Below, piece after piece: positions 52,039 through 63,804 of a stretch of DNA of 64,000 nt. The first letter of the stretch is position 1, and every line of letters begins with the position of its first letter. The position numbers were made by a program, and so were the translations under genes. The notes under the pieces are model-generated. The model searched no databases. It saw only the letters and a program-made list of their open reading frames with translations, and was not told the DNA's origin. The stretch is from Octopus vulgaris. Lineage: Eukaryota. The stretch spans positions 29,946,001-30,010,000 of the forward strand of contig OX597831.1 of the NCBI GenBank assembly GCA_951406725.2. Direction: 5' to 3'.

Positions 52039-53408
52039 TACGACGGGCTTCTTTCAGTTTCCGTCTACCAAATCCACTCACAAGGCTTTGGTCGGCCTGA
52101 GGCTATAGTAGAAGACACTTGCCCAAGGTGCCACGCAGTGGGAATGAAATTGGAACTATGTGGTTGGTAAGCAAGCTGCTTACCACACAGCCACATCATC
52201 ATCATCATCGTTTAACGTCCGCTTTCCATGCTGGCATGGGTTGGATGGTTTGACTGAGGACCGTCGAGCCAGGAGGCTGCACCAGGCTCCAATCTGATCT
52301 GGCCAGGTTTCTACAGCTGGATGCCCTTCCTTACACTAATCACTCCAAGAGTGTAGTGAGTGCTTTTTACATGAAACTGGTACAGGAGCCAGTCAGGTAG
52401 CACTGGTATGGATCACATTCCAATGGCACGTTTTATGTGCCACCAGCACGGGAGCCCGTGAGACAGCACTGGCAATGACCACACTCAAATGGTGCTTTTT
52501 ACGTGCCCCCAGCACAGGTGTCAGTCAGACAGTACTGACATCAGCCATGACAATGATTTCACTTGACTCAACAGGTCTTCTCAAGTACAGCATTTTTCCC
52601 AGTGACTGACAAATACTCTTAAATGGGCCTACTATACGACACTGGTATAGGCCACAACTACAGTCTCACTTGGCTTGCTACGTCTTCTCAAGCAAAGTAT
52701 ATCTCCAACCCTCGCCAAATCGCAGTTCACCTATCATGGTTCACCTATCGTGGTTTAGTATTTAAGCTTATGTCGATTCCTCTGTGGTGTTGTTTAGCAT
52801 TTATAATAAAATAAATATATACAAATTATAAAAATAATAATAAAATATAAACAATGCTGTTTCTTCTGCATGGATTTTGGTGTAGATAAATTGATAGATA
52901 GATAGATAAGTTTCTTTATTAGCCACAGGGCTGCACACAGAAGGGACAGATTACAAAGTAGAGCTTTTCTTTTTGGGGAGAAAAAAAAAACTGGGGTAGG
53001 TTTTCGATCAAAAAGGATCATAACAGAAAAAAAAAATTATCAATAGGAATCGTGTATCCCAGAAATGTCATGATGTAAAGTTTAAAGGGGAAAGCAGATA
53101 AGGTTTATTCGTGGGAAGAAAAGCCTACAGAAAAGACCACGGTAACCTCGGTCAATAATGTCATATGTTTACACATTTGTTTGCAAGTAAGTAACCCTCT
53201 TTTTTAAATTTTTCCGGGTTCATAGGATTATGCTCAACGTGCCATCCTTGCTACATTCACCCTTCTTTTTTTGAAACGTTCGCTAGACAAAACTTGCCTC
53301 TCTACTCTCACTTTCCTTTTCAAGTAATACTTGAAGAAGTTGATGAGATTGATCAGAGAGGAAAGTGTTTGTCTCCAATCCTTTCAGATGCATCCACTAG
53401 ATACATTC

Positions 53409-53445
<37 letters not shown>

Positions 53446-53492
53446 GGATATATATATTATAGATAGATAGATAGATAGATAGATATACTGAC

Positions 53493-53614
53493 CTGAAAAC
53501 AGTTCTCCTTGAATGGTGTATCCTTTCTGCTGACCAATGTTGACCAGTCGATCAAGTGAAAAACTGTCCATCTTCCAAAGACGTGCACCCATGTAGAGGG
53601 CCGCAAAGCCACAC
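53493..53614 (-). CDS. ACTMAP: Actin maturation protease, coding exon 3 (QCGFAALYMG...KGYTIQGELFS)
   Basis: Catalytic-Cys motif GPQCG..AL.M and GYT.QGE.FS; acceptor ttttcag|G, donor CAG|gtcagt. Confidence 0.95.
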
Positions 53615-53717
53615 CTGAAAATATTCTCTTTTGTTATAGGAAGGTCCAAGAAATGCTGAGTTTTTTTGATTTGTTGTTGATATATCAATGCATTGCTACT
53701 GATGTGTGGATATGAAT

Positions 53718-53721
<4 letters not shown>

Positions 53722-53756
<35 letters not shown>

Positions 53757-54141
53757 TGTGTGTGTATGTGTGTGTATATGTGTATGTGTGTGTGTGCGTG
53801 TGAGTGTGTATGTTTATGTGCGTGTTTGTGTATGTGTATGTTTGTGTGTGCATGTATATGTGTGTGTGACTGTGTGTGTATGTGTGTTTGTATGTGTGTG
53901 CGCATGTGTGTATGTGTCTATATATGTGTGTTTGTATGTGTATTTGTGTGTGTATGTGTGTGTTTGTGTATGTGTATGTGTATGTGTGTGTTTGTGTGTG
54001 TGTATATGTGTGTTTGTATGTGTGCGTGTATGTGTGTGTGTATATGTGTGTGTGTTTGTGTGTGTGTGTGTATGTGCATGTGTATGTGTGAGTGTATGTG
54101 AGTGTTTATGTTTATGTGCATGTTTGTGTGTGTGTGTGTGC
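53722..54141. repeat. Long degenerate (TG)n microsatellite
   Basis: Directly visible. Confidence 0.95.
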
Positions 54142-54548
54142 ATGGTAAAGGGTAAAGAGTAAGAAGCCCCTTTGATCATAAATGACTATAGGATTGCACC
54201 TAGAAAGTTTCCCTACAAGGCACAAGTCCAAGCACGGTTGTTTCTGAAAGACCAACAGCTGCCCATGCACACCAGCCTCCCCTCTCCACACCACCGATGT
54301 TATCCAGGAGAAAGGCAAAGGGGCCGATACAGCTTGGTACCAGTGATGCTGCAACTCATTTCTACAACTGAGTGAACTGGAACAATGTGAAATAAAGAGT
54401 CTTGCTCAAGAACACAACATGCAGCCTGGTCCAGGAATCGAACTCACTTCTTCATGATTGGGAACTCGGTACTCTAACCACTGAGCCATGTGCTTTCACA
54501 TCCACATGTGTATATGTATACATGTATGTACATGTGCACATGTATGAG

Positions 54549-54595
<47 letters not shown>

Positions 54596-55015
54596 AGGCA
54601 AGATTGCATGAGAAACAGACAGACAGACAGAAAGATGGACGGTTACTTTAGAAAGTTGCATCAGAGACTTTGAAAGAGGCAATCCTCTTTTCCCAGTAAC
54701 AGTGTAATGGACTGAGAACTGGACAGTGGGCAAAGATTATGTCACTGACCACTTGATAGCCAGGTAATTTATCACTGACCATTAGAATTAACATCGGTTA
54801 CGTGACTGACCACAAACCAAAGAATTTGTTACTGACCAGTAGATCAACATAGGTCATATGACTGACCACAAACTGGACACAAGACTGAGACTGACCAACT
54901 GACCACATGAATAATTACTTGGTTAGTTAGTTGTGCGTATTGAGCATTACAAGACATGGAATCTAAAGGTTAATGAATAAAGAATAAAAGAAGTCATTCT
55001 CTAGAAAATACTTAC

Positions 55016-55105
55016 TGGGGTCCCTTTTGTAACACCCCTTCAACTGAATGTCCAAAGGAGAGGCACACGGGTCGTGGCTGAGATGAATCTGAACCATTAC
55101 AACTA
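55016..55105 (-). CDS. ACTMAP: Actin maturation protease, coding exon 2 (...SVEGVLQKGPQ)
   Basis: Strong acceptor tttttttgcttcag, donor CA|gtaagt, 90 bp, phase 2 to 2. Confidence 0.9.
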
Positions 55106-56356
55106 CTGAAGCAAAAAAATAAAGAGAAAAAAATGAAAAATGTAAAAAAAAATTTTGATTTTTCAGTTAAAAATTGTGTAAATTTATTAAAAAATATTCA
55201 CTGATAACAACAAAGTTTCTTAGAATGTATAGAGAAATTCAAAGGATTGTTTTGCTCCAATGGTAGAAAGCCTGTCATGTTTACACAAGATGTGGGTTTA
55301 AGTCCTACAGGTAAACTTCAACATTTTCTATCAATGTCTTTTTTTCTTTTTAACCAGAGATTTACACACTATTGTCTATAGTTTATTTGCTTTGAGATCC
55401 TGCATTCCAAAAAGAATTACATCACATTCCCTTGAAATTTCTCAATTTTCATGACATCAACATCTTACAATTCTCACTGATAAGTATAAAGTTTCTCAAA
55501 TGCACAGAAAAATCCAAAGGATTACTTTGGTCCAATGGTAGAACAGCTGTCATATTTACAGATGTGGGTCTGAGTCCAGGGCGTTTTTTACCCAATATTT
55601 AATTTGTGCGCTTCAAGACCCTGTGTTCCAAAGGGAATTACATATTTGAAGTTTTTCAATGTTTTTAGATTAAATTTTGAAAAAATTCAGACAAATACAT
55701 AACAAAAACATCAGGACTTACAAATGTATATAACACAGAAAATAGCAATTCTAGGCACCACACACATCCTACGTAAAACACTCTTTTACTCTTATTTTTT
55801 TTACTCTTTTACTTGTTTCAGTCATGTGACTGCGGCCATGCTGGAGCACTGCCTTTAGTTGAACAAATCAACTCCAGGACTTATTCTTTGTAAGCATAAT
55901 ACTTATTCTATCGGTCTCTTTTGCCAAACCGCTAAGTTACAGGAACGTAAACACACCAGCATCGGTTGACAAGCGATGTTGAGGGGACAAACACAAACAC
56001 ACAAACATATACACACACATACATATATATATATATGTATACAGACACACAAACACACACATATATATACATATATACGATGGGCTTCTTTCAGTTTCTG
56101 TCAACCAAATCCACTCACAAGGCTTTGGTTGGCATGAGGCTTTAGTAGAAGATATTTGCCCAAGGTGCCATGCCACGCAGTGGGACTGAACCCAGAACCA
56201 TGTGGTTGGTAAGCAAGCTACTTACCACACAGCCACTCCGGCACCTCCTCCCACTCTCAACACAGTAACCATAAGAGCATCACAACAAACCACAGCACAT
56301 ACCCAAGGCACACAGAGCTGCGCTCAGTAGTGCAGTGAAAGCACGTGATAGTGATG

Positions 56357-56405
<49 letters not shown>

Positions 56406-56650
56406 TAATAATAATAATAATAATCCTTTCTACTGGAAGCACAAGGCCTCAAATTTGGGGAAAGGGACATTGACCCCAGTGTTTCACTGGTACTAATTTT
56501 ATCGAACCCGAAAAGATGAAAGGTAAAGTCAAAGACAGTGGAATTTGAACTCAACATAACGACAAACAAAATACTGCTAAGCATTTCATCTGGCGTGATG
56601 ATAATTCTGTCAGCTCACCCCATTTTATAATAATAATAATAATAATAATG

Positions 56651-56700
<50 letters not shown>

Positions 56701-56750
56701 TTTTTCCTTGTCCTCTCTGTGTTTAGCCCCTTGTGGGTAGTAAAGAAAGA

Positions 56751-56783
<33 letters not shown>

Positions 56784-56789
56784 TATAAT

Positions 56790-56851
<62 letters not shown>

Positions 56852-57199
56852 TAATAATAATAATAATAAACAGATGCAGCATCGAATTTTGTCAGTGAAC
56901 AGGTCGGTGTCTCAAAGTGACAAAAATATTTTGACAAATTAAATTTAAATGTTGAAATGAATCTAAATGGTTTTTGTGTGTTTCTTATATGGCTTATAAA
57001 CACCTTCCACGCAGCAATTGCTTTCGTTCCAGCACACGACTTCAGATCAGGTCACTGGCTATGCAAGTACATCTCCGTACTAAATAATAATAATAATAGT
57101 TTTTGATTTTAGGCACAAGACAGCATTTTCTTTTTGGCACAACTGCGAGTATGTCAGAAAGATGCTGTTGTTTAAAGCATCATCGTCAGAAACAGCAGT

Positions 57200-57230
<31 letters not shown>

Positions 57231-57380
57231 GTAACGGAACAACTACAACAATAACAGCAATTACAAAAACAATAAATAAAAACAGCAACAGCAAACATTA
57301 CAACCTCTACAACAGTAGTAAGAACAAGAACAATGGCAACAAAAACAACTATTGCAACAACAATAAGAACAACAACATAC

Positions 57381-57616
57381 CGTCCATTGATTAATGTGTG
57401 GTAAGCTTTATATCCAAGGGAGCGGCTGTCCTCATCCGGAAAGGTGACAGTTGTCACCGGCGTTATTGTCGATCTTGATGATGTCATCGGGGTAGCAGCC
57501 TGCATACAGAGTTGGGACAAGACACGGAGGTTCCGGTCTGTTGGTTGCGGTGGAGGTTGTGGTGGAGGTGGTGGAGGTACACTGAAGTAGATACGGCCAT
57601 TGCTCACATCAGACAT
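57381..57616 (-). CDS. ACTMAP: Actin maturation protease, first coding exon with poly-proline N-terminus
   Basis: MSDVSNGRIYFSVPPPPPPQPPPQP...; donor CG|gtatgt in phase 2; acceptor gttgcag 6 nt before the ATG, so an upstream exon exists. Confidence 0.85.
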
Positions 57617-57666
57617 GCCACCCTGCAACAGACAACAACAACAACAATAATGATAATAATGATAAT

Positions 57667-57715
<49 letters not shown>

Positions 57716-57886
57716 TAGGCATAGGAGTGGCTGTGTGGTAAGTAGCTTGCTTACAAACCACATGGTTCTGGGTTCAGTCCCACTGTGTGGCACCTTGGGC
57801 AAGTGTCTTCTATTATAGCCTCGGGCCGACCAAAGCCTTGTGAGAAGATTTGGTAGACAGAAACTGAAAGAAGCCCATCGTATATA

Positions 57887-57915
<29 letters not shown>

Positions 57916-57917
<2 letters not shown>

Positions 57918-58264
57918 AACAATTGCAGCATGGAAGGTGTTTATAAGCCATTTAAGAAACACACAAAAACCCTTAGATTCACTTCAACATTTAAATTTAA
58001 TTTGTCAAAATATTTACATCGCTTTGAGACCGCGACCTATTCACTGACAAAACTCTGTGCTGCATCTTACGGAGTTTTGTCAGTGAACAGGTCACGGTCT
58101 CAAAGCGACGAAAATATTTTGTCAAATTAAATTTAAATGTTGAAGTGAATCTAAGGGTTTTTGTGTGTTTCTTAAATGGCTTATAAACAACTTCCATGCT
58201 GCAATTGTTTTCATTCCAGCACACGATCTCAGATCAGGTCACTTGCTATGCAAGTACATCTCCG

Positions 58265-58265
<1 letters not shown>
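57916..58265. repeat. Large hairpin (143-bp arms, 10-nt loop) inserted in the (TA)n of a SINE; single-arm copy at 56871-57080
   Basis: 57916-58058 is the near reverse complement of 58069-58211. Confidence 0.9.
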
Positions 58266-58315
<50 letters not shown>

Positions 58316-58912
58316 GTATGTATGTATGTGTGTGCATATGTTTGTGTGTCTGTGTTTGTCCTCCCAACATCGCTTGACAATCGATGCTTGTGTGTTTACA
58401 TCGCCGTAACTTAGTGGTTCGGCAAAACAGACCGATAGAATAAGTACTAGGCTTACAAAGAATAAGTCCTGGGGTCAATTTGCTCGACTAAAGGCGGTGC
58501 TGCAGCATGGCCACAATCACATGACTGAAACAAGTAAAAGAGTAAAAAAGTAAAGAGAATAACAATCTCTTATCCTTCACTCGACCCCTCCCCCCAGAAT
58601 ACTGGGTGTGTCTCAGCAAGTGACTGTAACAAATATGCAAATTAAAAGTAAAAAATAATAACAATTATTATTTCTTTATTGCCCACAGAGGGCTAAACAT
58701 AGAGGGGGACAAGCATGGACAGACAAAAGAATTAGGTCGATTAAATCGACCCCAGTGCATAACTGGTGCTTATTTAATCGACTCCGAAAAGATGAAAGAC
58801 AAAGTCGACCTTGGCAGAATTTGAACTCCGATCATAACTGCAGACAAAATACTGCTAAGCATTTTGCCCAGCGTGCTCCCTAAATAATAATAAAAATAAT
58901 AATAATAATAAT

Positions 58913-61275
58913 GTAAGCTAGTTCAGCTGCTCAATGGAATTATGAGAGACCCAAAGAAAACACCTGAATGGTTAGCAAGTGGCATTACTTACCTACTCCC
59001 AAAGAATAACGAAACCAACCTTCCAAAAAACTATCGGCCTATAACCTGTCTATCCACCACGTATAAAATCCTAACATCTATCCTGGCGGAGAAAACATAT
59101 GCATTCATGGAGAAGAACGATATTTTCCCCATTGAACAAAAAGGGTGCCGCCAAGGCTCTTACGGATGCAAAGATCAACTGCTAATCAATCGTATGATCC
59201 TTGAGAACTGTCACAACAAGCGCAGAAATCTCAGCACCGCATGGATTGACTATAAAAAGGCCTTCGACAGTATACCGCATCCATGGATCTTGAGATCGCT
59301 GGACATCTTCAAAATTTCCCCTGTGATTTCAAACTTCCTGAAGCACAATATGTCGTTGTGGAATACGAATCTCCAATTATACCACTCTAATGGAGTACTT
59401 GCCTCAGAAAATATAAACATCAACTGTGGAATTTTTCAAGGTGACTCACTTTCACCTTTAATATTCTGCATAGCCCTAATACCCCTTACAAGTGAATTAA
59501 ACAGAACAAGGTATGGGTATAAAATTGCCAATAAAAAAATAAGCCATCTATTTTATATGGATGACTTAAAACTTTATGGTAAAGACAATAATGAACTTGA
59601 AGGCCTATTGCGCACTGTGAAAGCATTCAGCGATGACATCGGGATGGAGTTTGGACTTGAGAAGTGTGCCAAGGCCACTTTCCAGAAAGGGAAAGTGAAG
59701 ACCACAAATTCAGTTGTGTTAGATGTTGACACAGTCATAAGAGAGCTTGAGCAAGAACAAACATACAAATATTTAGGGATAAATGAAGGCTCTGGTATTC
59801 AGCATGCAAGCATGAAAGAGAAGATCAGGAAGGAATGTTACAGGAGAGTTTGTGCAGTCCTGAAATCTGAACTAAATGCACGTAACAAGGTGTTAGCTAT
59901 AAATTCCTTAGCAGTTCCAGTTGTTACTTATAGCTACAATGTGTTGAACTGGAATATGAGTGAAGTAAAAAATATAGATAGGAAAATACGCAAGCTGCTG
60001 AGTTGTAATAGGATGCACCACCCAAAGGCAGACGTAGATCGCCTTTACCTTCCCAGAGCCCAAGGAGGTCGAGGCCTGATCCAATTTGAACTAGCTTACA
60101 AAACAACCACAATTGGACTGGCCAAATATCTCGAAATATCGAATGACTGGATGCTAAAGCTCGTGGAAAATCACGAGAGACGAAAGAAGCTTCATTCTAT
60201 CATAAAGGAAAGCAAAAAATTTGCTATTGATCTCGTGCAGGATACCCAAACAGAACAACCCGAGGGAAGTACGGCAATTATTGTTGCAAAGAAGGTGAAA
60301 ATAATGGCAACGAAAAAAGCGCACGAGCAATTGGCTGATAGGTGGGAGGAGAAACCTCTGCACGGCAAATATGTGACCCGCAGCAAACAAGCTGATGTTG
60401 ACCAGAAGCAAACCCATCAGTGGCTACGGAGCTCAGAGCTAAAAGCAGAGAGCGAAGGTTTCATCCTGGCTGCTCAAGATCAAAGCCTATTAACCCGGAA
60501 CTACCAGGCCAATGTGATGAAAAATGGAGCAGACCCAAAATGCCGATTCTGCAACGACATGATTGAAACAGTGGACCACCTAATCTCTGGATGTAAAGTC
60601 TTAGCTCCAGTGGAGTATAAATTAAGACATGACAGAGTTGGCCAATATCTACACTGGCTAATAAGTCGGCATTACAATATCAAAACTGCCGACAAGTGGT
60701 ATAATCACCACCCTGAGGCTGTAACTGAAGGAGAAAATGTAACCATTCTGTGGGACTTTCCAATACATACAGACCGAACCATCAAGGCCAATAAACCAGA
60801 TATTGTTGTGAAAGACCAAAACAATAAAGTTTGCTTATTGATCGACATGAGCATCCCCTGTGATCATAATATCTCAGCGAAAGAGTTTGACAAGCTCAGA
60901 AAATATAAAGACCTACTCATTGAAATTGAGAAAATGTGGCATCTCAAGGCGGTTACAATACCAGTGATCGTAGGAGCACTAGGAATGATCAAGAAGGGAA
61001 CCGAAAATTATATGAGAATGATCCCTGGCTTACCATCCCTGCAAGAAGTGCAAAAGATTGTCTTAACTGGTACATCACACGTATTGAGAAGAGCATTGTC
61101 GATGTGAGAACTGTTACTGCTCATGTATTATAATTTAAAAAAAAAAAAAAAAAAATGAACGAACTATTGAGTTTGGTTTAATGGCCTACCAATGTATACT
61201 ATGAGTTTCTTTGCCCTAGGAGTCGGGAAGACACTCGGCAAGAAATGGAAGCAAATTTGAAAGAAGAAAAAAAAA
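58913..61275 (+). mobile_element. 5'-truncated R4/Dong-type non-LTR retrotransposon in (TAA)n
   Basis: (TAA)n at both ends, 3' UTR and A-rich tail, RT plus CCHC plus restriction-like endonuclease ORF. Confidence 0.92.
58942..61107 (+). CDS. Reverse transcriptase, zinc knuckle and restriction-like endonuclease (N-terminally truncated), 721 aa open
   Basis: YRPITCL, DYKKAFDS, GIFQGDSLSP, YMDDLKLY, CRFC...H...C, RHD, KPDIVV, LIDMSIP...KY. Confidence 0.92.
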   Translation: MRDPKKTPEWLASGITYLLPKNNETNLPKNYRPITCLSTTYKILTSILAEKTYAFMEKNDIFPIEQKGCRQGSYGCKDQLLINRMILENCHNKRRNLSTAWIDYKKAFDSIPHPWILRSLDIFKISPVISNFLKHNMSLWNTNLQLYHSNGVLASENININCGIFQGDSLSPLIFCIALIPLTSELNRTRYGYKIANKKISHLFYMDDLKLYGKDNNELEGLLRTVKAFSDDIGMEFGLEKCAKATFQKGKVKTTNSVVLDVDTVIRELEQEQTYKYLGINEGSGIQHASMKEKIRKECYRRVCAVLKSELNARNKVLAINSLAVPVVTYSYNVLNWNMSEVKNIDRKIRKLLSCNRMHHPKADVDRLYLPRAQGGRGLIQFELAYKTTTIGLAKYLEISNDWMLKLVENHERRKKLHSIIKESKKFAIDLVQDTQTEQPEGSTAIIVAKKVKIMATKKAHEQLADRWEEKPLHGKYVTRSKQADVDQKQTHQWLRSSELKAESEGFILAAQDQSLLTRNYQANVMKNGADPKCRFCNDMIETVDHLISGCKVLAPVEYKLRHDRVGQYLHWLISRHYNIKTADKWYNHHPEAVTEGENVTILWDFPIHTDRTIKANKPDIVVKDQNNKVCLLIDMSIPCDHNISAKEFDKLRKYKDLLIEIEKMWHLKAVTIPVIVGALGMIKKGTENYMRMIPGLPSLQEVQKIVLTGTSHVLRRALSM

Positions 61276-61350
61276 GTAATAATAATAATAATAATAACAA
61301 TAATAATAATAATAATAATAATAGTAATAATTTATAGTAATAATAATGAT

Positions 61351-61402
<52 letters not shown>

Positions 61403-61585
61403 CAACAGCAGTAGTAATGATAATAATAATAATAAAAGGAGTTACATCAATCTTTAAATATTACCAAAATGAATTAGATTGAAATGATTATTTTGAACTT
61501 GTGAAAGACACAATGTTGTTCATTCAGTAACAGTCACACTCTTCTTATTGTTATTATTATTAATGATGATAATAATAATAATAAT

Positions 61586-61644
<59 letters not shown>

Positions 61645-61812
61645 TTTTTTTTGTTTGCCAGCAGGGCAAAGGGTGGGGGTGGCAGACAATACAAAGACAG
61701 ACACAAAGTGAGGAGATTTACATATAATGAAAGGATAAAATAATTTTTAAAAAGTGGGGGGAGGGGCCCCTAAGTATACATGGTATACAATGAAGGGAAA
61801 GGGAAATAAACA

Positions 61813-62522
61813 TCTTTATATATATAAAAATGAGAATGTGTGTCTGTCTGTCTGTGTGTTTCCCTAAAACTTGAGAACTACACAACCAATTTCATTCAAA
61901 TTTTACATATGCCTTACTTAGGGTCCGGGGAGTGTCATCGGCAAAAAAACTTTTAACGTTTTGCCTAGGGCAAGCCCACAGCAATATCATATCTTCTCCA
62001 CTATCTCAGTATTACATGTTAAAAGTGAAACAAAAATATTTCTCTATTTTGTGTCAGATGCTTTCACTTTAACAATAAAAATAATAATAACAATTGAATT
62101 ATATGTAGTAATTAATAATTAAAATCAAACTAAAGTATAATATAAGTAAAAATAGCAATTGATATAAAATTGCATCAATAATTTGAACTTGAATAAGTGG
62201 TTTCACATGAATGGGAATTAAATTAAAAATAAAATTAGCATGCAGAAAGGGAATAGTCCAGATGGATAATAAAAAATTAAATTAAAGAAAAGACTATTGT
62301 CTACAAAGTATACAATGTAGAGAAAAAAGAAGAGCTAACAATTCCAGTCTGTTATATATTTTGAGTATTGTTATCACTAGCGATATCAAGATATAACTTT
62401 GTATTTTGCATTTTATGTGTAGATGTATATATATAGATGTACATGTAATATGTACACATATATATACACATATATACATGCACTAGCACTATGACCCGGT
62501 AACGATGGGTCTTTAATGCTAG
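61813..62522 (+). mobile_element. Non-autonomous Helitron (DINE/HINE-like)
   Basis: A|TC start, (GTCT)n, hairpin GACCC.GTAACGA.GGGTC, CTAG|T end. Confidence 0.7.
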
Positions 62523-63048
62523 TACTATATAAAGTTAGAAAAAAAAATGGGGGTGATGACAGAAATGTAGCTCTCCTGATAGGGGATGGCCTCTATGGAT
62601 AACCAAGGAACCCCACTGTCAAAGATGTCCCTGAACACCAAGAACAAGTGATCCTTGCAGTTAATTCCCTTCGTTTGCCACCAGGGTGAAGGGTGTGATG
62701 GACAACATAAAGACAATATAAAAGGGTTTATATACAATGAAATGAAAAAGAAAAACAAACAAATGAGAAAGTATACATGGTGTACAGAGAAGGGAAATAT
62801 GTATATATTTAGTATACAAGAGTGAAAAGAAAAAAGGGGGGGTGAAAATAAAGGATGATAGTGATGGGGTCCTCCTTTCTAGTGGGCACAAGGCTTGAAA
62901 TCTGGTAGGAGAGAGGGAGCAAGTTAAATACATTGAGCCCAGAGTTCAGCGCATAGGAGTGGGACTGAACCAGGAACCATGTGGTTGGTAATCAAGCTAC
63001 TTACCTCACAGCCACTCCTATGTGTATGTGTGTGTGTTTATGTATACA

Positions 63049-63100
<52 letters not shown>

Positions 63101-63136
63101 ACTATGTATGTATGTATGTATGTATGTATACATGTC

Positions 63137-63167
<31 letters not shown>

Positions 63168-63189
63168 ATACATGTCTATAAGTATATAT

Positions 63190-63222
<33 letters not shown>

Positions 63223-63229
<7 letters not shown>

Positions 63230-63341
63230 AAATACGAGAGAGCCAACTTTGAATATGTTAACTCTAGTGCTTCCACCGGTGGAGCTATTTCTAGCACTAG
63301 AGTTTACATATTCAAAGTTGGCTCTCTCATATTTACGGATA
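63223..63341. mobile_element. Small hairpin MITE
   Basis: About 49-bp inverted arms; the loop contains the palindrome TCCACCGGTGGA. Confidence 0.7.
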
Positions 63342-63510
63342 AATATGAATTTATCCCCGGTTTATTGTGCTAGGTCGCTCGGTGTTAAAATAAGGGTATT
63401 ATTGAATTAATATCTATAATTTTATTCACCCTCATTATTGAATGTATATATATATATATATATATATAGTAACAATAATCCTCGGATGGAATTTATAGAT
63501 ATCTTGATGC

Positions 63511-63633
63511 ATCGCTACGTGCGTTTCAACAAATTACATGACTCTTAAGATCATAGACCATATTTCTGGTGTAGTCTGTAGTATCCGTGGGCATCAGGTT
63601 GATTATCTTCATGAATTCATTTCTTCAGGCAAT
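63511..63633 (-). ncRNA. Type I hammerhead ribozyme with complete catalytic core (Penelope-like-element type)
   Basis: Minus strand: ATTGC-CTGAAGA-AATGAATTCATGA...TCATGTAATTTGTT-GAAAC-GCAC-GTA-GCGAT; stems I, II and III all pair; GUA cleavage triplet. Confidence 0.7.
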
Positions 63634-63804
63634 ATACCATTAATGAATGCTTAACAGGGGGATGTTTACCCCTTTTGATCAGTACAAAGGTTAATTGAGT
63701 TATATGGGTATTTGGTGGGGACGAGGGGAACGTGATGTAAAGAGAGGAATGAACGGTAGTTACATGGGGATGGTGGTGTGTGTGGTGATGGGGAACTTAT
63801 TTTT

